A DNA stretch of 63,739 nucleotides, filler included, from Reticulomyxa filosa (Eukaryota > Protista > Foraminifera), in the NCBI GenBank assembly GCA_000512085.1. It is 17 parts of 17 records of this genome, joined end to end, with 100 filler letters (N's around TTAATTAATTAA, not from the genome) between each part and the next. Parts side by side here need not be neighbours in the genome. Positions count along the whole stretch, not along the records: positions 59,501 to 60,819 come from ASPP01022661.1; positions 60,920 to 62,096 come from ASPP01046456.1; positions 62,197 to 63,739 come from ASPP01027050.1; 14 more parts are not named here. One strand, given 5' to 3'. Position 1 is the first letter of the stretch. Each line of letters starts with the position of its first letter. Of this stretch, positions 60,225-63,739 are shown piece by piece. The position numbers were made by a program, and so were the translations under genes. The notes below the pieces were generated by a model. It saw only the letters and a list, made by a program, of their open reading frames with translations. It was not told the DNA's origin and ran no database searches.

Positions 60225-60640
60225 TAGCATTGAACATACCATTCAATAGTTGTCGATATTTGTGTTCTGAATCTACTGACAAAACTCTTCGTTTATTTGT
60301 CATGTGCTACAACTATTCGTATAGTAATATCGACAATGAAACAATTCATTTTATCCAATAAACATCAAAGTTTGTTAGTCGTGTAAAATATGGACCAAAT
60401 GAATTAGTAAATACAATATTATCTGGACCAAGAGATAACATTGTTTGTTTATGTGATGTTCGATCTGGTCAACAAATTCAAATGTTCAAAGGATATACTT
60501 TCTGTTGAACATTCGCAATTTGTAGTAAACAATACTGGTAGTTCGAATGTGATGTGTCATTGATATTCGATCCAATAATAACGAATTCACTTAATCAAAT
60601 GATATAACCAAAGATATTGTGATATTGTGTCTTTATTAAT
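60225..60640 (+). pseudogene. Decayed WD40 gene
   Basis: RYLCSESTDKTLRL and VKYGPNELVNTILSGPRDNIVCLCDVRSGQQIQMFKG remnants, with stops and frameshifts. Confidence 0.7.
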
Positions 60641-60726
60641 TATAAGACAAGATTAGGATTATGCTCTGTGTCAATCCAAAAAAAAGGGCCAAAGGGAATC
60701 TAGCCACCAAAAAAATCCAAATAATA

Positions 60727-60819
60727 ATGACTACACACGATTTTAAGATTGTAATACTTGGTGAAGGGCGTGTTGGGAAGACATCTCTTTTAATAAGGTC
60801 AATAATAGAATATTTTTTT
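60727..60819 (+). CDS. RAB21: First exon of a Rab-family GTPase, Rab21-like
   Basis: MTTHDFKIVILGEGRVGKTSLLIR, then a GT donor at 60798. GEGxVGKTS is characteristic of Rab21. Confidence 0.65.
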
Positions 60820-60939
60820 NNNNNNNNNNNNNNNNNNNNNNNNNNNNNNNNNNNNNNNNNNNNTTAATTAATTAANNNNNNNNNNNNNNNNNNNNNNNNN
60901 NNNNNNNNNNNNNNNNNNNAAAAAAAAAAAAAAGACGTA

Positions 60940-61135
60940 ACAAGCACACTTCCTTGGAACGTGGCAGCGAGATAATCCAAATGACTAGTTAAATTCGAGG
61001 AAGAAATAATTCAAATATTCACAAGTCACCAAGAGGTTCTCGAGATCGGCTTGAATGATACAATAAGTAAAAAACGACAGCATGTCATCTGTGGTAACTG
61101 CCAAATCTTCCCCACTGCGAACGACTATGCATGTT
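60940..61135 (-). pseudogene. VPS9-domain fragment with an apparent frameshift
   Basis: TTDDMLSFFTYCIIQADLENLLVTCEYLNYF, then in a shifted frame SHLDYLAATFQGSV, resembling the VPS9 catalytic D and YxxxT motifs. The shift could be an assembly error. Confidence 0.6.
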
Positions 61136-63157
61136 AATAAGAGAAAAGAAAAAAGAAAAAAAAAAAAAGGATGGTACAAAATCGTCAGTACAAAAGTTTT
61201 TTTCTTAATATGAAAAAAAAACAAAAAAACAATTACTTAACATATAAAAAGTTGCACCATTTCATGGTCCCTTGCCTATTTGTAAAAAAAAAACAACCAA
61301 CTTTCATTATAACATCAAAAAATATTTAAAACAATTATTTTTTGCTCCTCAGAGGTACGGCTTCGTCGTCATGTTGACTCAGCAGTAAGGATTGTACATC
61401 ATATAGAGAAAAAAGAAAAGAAAAAAAAAACATTACTTAACACATCACAAGTTGCGCTCAAACAGCGCATCATAAAACCCTTTCGGGTTTAAAAATTATT
61501 TCACATCATCGCAAAAACGCCTTTTCATAAAAAAAATAAATTATTATTATCATTATTAGAATAAAGAAAAACAAACAAACAAAAAAACACCTGTTGACTT
61601 TCAAGTCTTTTTTACAAGTCAAATTACCTTTGCAATGTTGTTTTTGTTTTCCTCATTGGAAACACAAATTATTTACATTACAAAAACAATTTGATACATC
61701 TTGTTTTGTGCTTATAAAAAAAACAAAAAGGAACAAGCGTAAACTAAGAAAAACTCGTCTGACGACCTGTAAAAAAGGGTGTCACAAACAATTTTGAAGT
61801 AAAAAATATTTTGAATAAACTATTAATCTGATTTACCTGATTGCTGTATTTTAAAAAATAATGTAAAAATTTAAAAACTACATTGTTTATGTTTGATATT
61901 TGATTTTTTTTTTTTGTTTATAATCGTTTTTTAACCTTTCAGGACTTAGAGCTGAAATTACTTTTAAGAAAACTTTCAATTTAAAACAGTCGTAGTTTTG
62001 TTAAACTAAAGAAAGTAAATGAAATTGCATGAAAAGATTTTAAGCCAATTAGGATCACATTCTGATTTATCTATATATGTGAATGTTTCTCTACACNNNN
62101 NNNNNNNNNNNNNNNNNNNNNNNNNNNNNNNNNNNNNNNNTTAATTAATTAANNNNNNNNNNNNNNNNNNNNNNNNNNNNNNNNNNNNNNNNNNNNGACA
62201 ATAGAGTGAACGAGCATTTGATGCAACAAGCTACGACGATGATATATTAATTGACGACGGAGAAGATTGGGGAGATGAAGATGACGCAGAGGTAGCCCCA
62301 GACATGGAAGAAGGACAAGAACAAGATAAAGTAGCTCTATCACATAAATTTTTTTTTTAAGAGATTTTTTTTTTTTTTTTTAAAGAGAGTGATGGGATCA
62401 GTAAGTCAATGCAATAAAACCATTTCGAACAGCCAAAATTTAAAAAGACAACCAAAAATAAAAAAACAATTAGCACATAAAAAAATTTTATACTTAAAAA
62501 CTACAAGACTTGTGGATTTTTTTAAAAAAATTAGTGTTAAATGTTTATTTCCCACGAAAAAAATCTATTCTCTAGTTTTTTCTTTTTTTTTTGTTTTTTC
62601 TTCAATCTACTGTATAATTTTAACAAGTGATTTTATGTTGAACTGTTTAGTTAAAGCTTGAATTTGCTTAAAATTGCAAAAAATGTGTAAATGGAAGCCT
62701 GCATTTAATGCAAGTGATTATAAATAAGATGCCAAGATTTGCGTTTATAAAAAAGTACAAAATTTGGACATTGTTCCGATATTCAATTTTGTTCAAAATA
62801 CGACTTTTTTAACAAAAGTATATCGATAATTAATAATGTTATAATAGATTCTTTTATTCAAGCAATGTCACATGTAGTGGACACATCTGTAGAGACTATT
62901 GAAATATAGCGCATATTTTGGAGTATAAAAGCGCTTGAAAGTTTTTTTAAAAGAAGATAATTGAATATAATATGTTATTTTTCCTCCAAAAAAAGATATT
63001 GATATTTTTTACTAATCAAGGCCATTTTTAAAAATTCGGCCGATTGTACAAAGAACTCCCGGAAAACAGATGAAATGATACAAGTGGTTGCCCTTTTGAA
63101 AATTGCGGTTGCACAGAACAGTGTCATAACTGGTGTATATAAAAAAGTAACATTTTC

Positions 63158-63650
63158 TCAGAAGGTTACAACATGATTGACCACAAACAAGAAAAAAGCG
63201 ATAAATGGGCTGAACACAGCCAAAAACAGATTGCGATTTAAAACCAAGCCATAGATAGAAATACCAACATATTTGGATTGTATGGCGGCTTGCACGGCCT
63301 GGGCCTGCAGGCAAATATTGGACTGTTTTATTCGCAAAAGAGTTAATTCGTGTTTGTTTTCCGGTTTCACATTAAAGTCTTTCAAATTATCGCCAATCCA
63401 GTTAAAGTGAGTGGAGGCAAGTAATCCATATAAGCACCGACTGACTCTTGCATTCATATGAGATATCTGGCAAACAGCGGACACAACATACGTACAATAG
63501 TAACGTGTCTATTGAAAGCTACAAATTACACTCAACTTTAGTAGCAGCTAATAGCGTGTAAAACGTAGTTAATGCACTAATGCAAGACTGCAAATAAACG
63601 TCCATGTGATGTAACACAAGAGTAGGTAGTTTCGCCCAAGAGAGTACACT
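63158..63650 (-). CDS. C-terminal part of a multi-pass membrane protein resembling the 7TMIC/GRL (DUF3537) family
   Basis: Terminal GISIYGLVLNRNLFLAVFSPFIAFFLFVV resembles the TM7a/b signature G(I/F)T.(Y/F)G..(L/I)(D/N)R..L, preceded by a helix-end QISHMNARV. The 5' part is outside the window. Confidence 0.55.
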
Positions 63651-63739
63651 TTTTTTTTTTTTGTGACCGCATACATTGCATCCAAACATATAAACGTATA
63701 AATGTATGTTCACACTTTTTTTTTTTTTTTTTTTTTTTT

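Noticed and set aside
60727-61135. Rab21-like GTPase next to a VPS9 GEF domain as a functional cluster
   Set aside because: They are on different contigs separated by a linker, so the adjacency is arbitrary.
2627-62196. Regularly recurring TTAATTAATTAA palindrome as a biological repeat or CRISPR-like array
   Set aside because: It is always embedded in exactly 44+44 Ns and is an artificial all-frame-stop linker.

Overview
This is not one continuous locus. It is a concatenation of 17 short contigs joined by an artificial 100-bp linker (N44-TTAATTAATTAA-N44). Sixteen contigs are very AT-rich, intron-rich eukaryotic DNA. Retaria-type alpha-tubulins and expanded WD40/Kelch families suggest a foraminiferan (Reticulomyxa-like); this assignment is inference. 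One contig (53089-54280) is GC-rich bacterial DNA. Recognisable genes: two WD40 paralogues, an HSPA12-type Hsp70, NAR1/CIAO3, a TM-RGS protein, a CLASP-like TOG protein, mitochondrial fumarase, a WDR54-like protein, a GYF_2 protein, an SPX-EXS (XPR1/PHO1) protein, a divergent alpha-tubulin plus an alpha-tubulin pseudogene, a Kelch fragment, Rab21 and VPS9 fragments, decayed GPS-domain genes and nested Tc1/RNase H remnants. Most interesting: (1) a spliced eukaryotic CUE-like/ankyrin/RelA-SpoT-synthetase-like nucleotidyltransferase; (2) a spliced in-frame fusion of a degenerate Hsp70 ATPase fold to an AIG1/septin-like GTPase with a Cys/His + hydrophobic tail; (3) a ~34-aa exon-encoded module that occurs five times, attached to WD40, Kelch and lipidated proteins; (4) an alpha-tubulin with D251M/E254D in its GTPase-activating loop and a ~36-aa luminal insert; (5) introns that end in poly(A)-AG. 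All gene models were spliced by eye and need RNA-seq confirmation.
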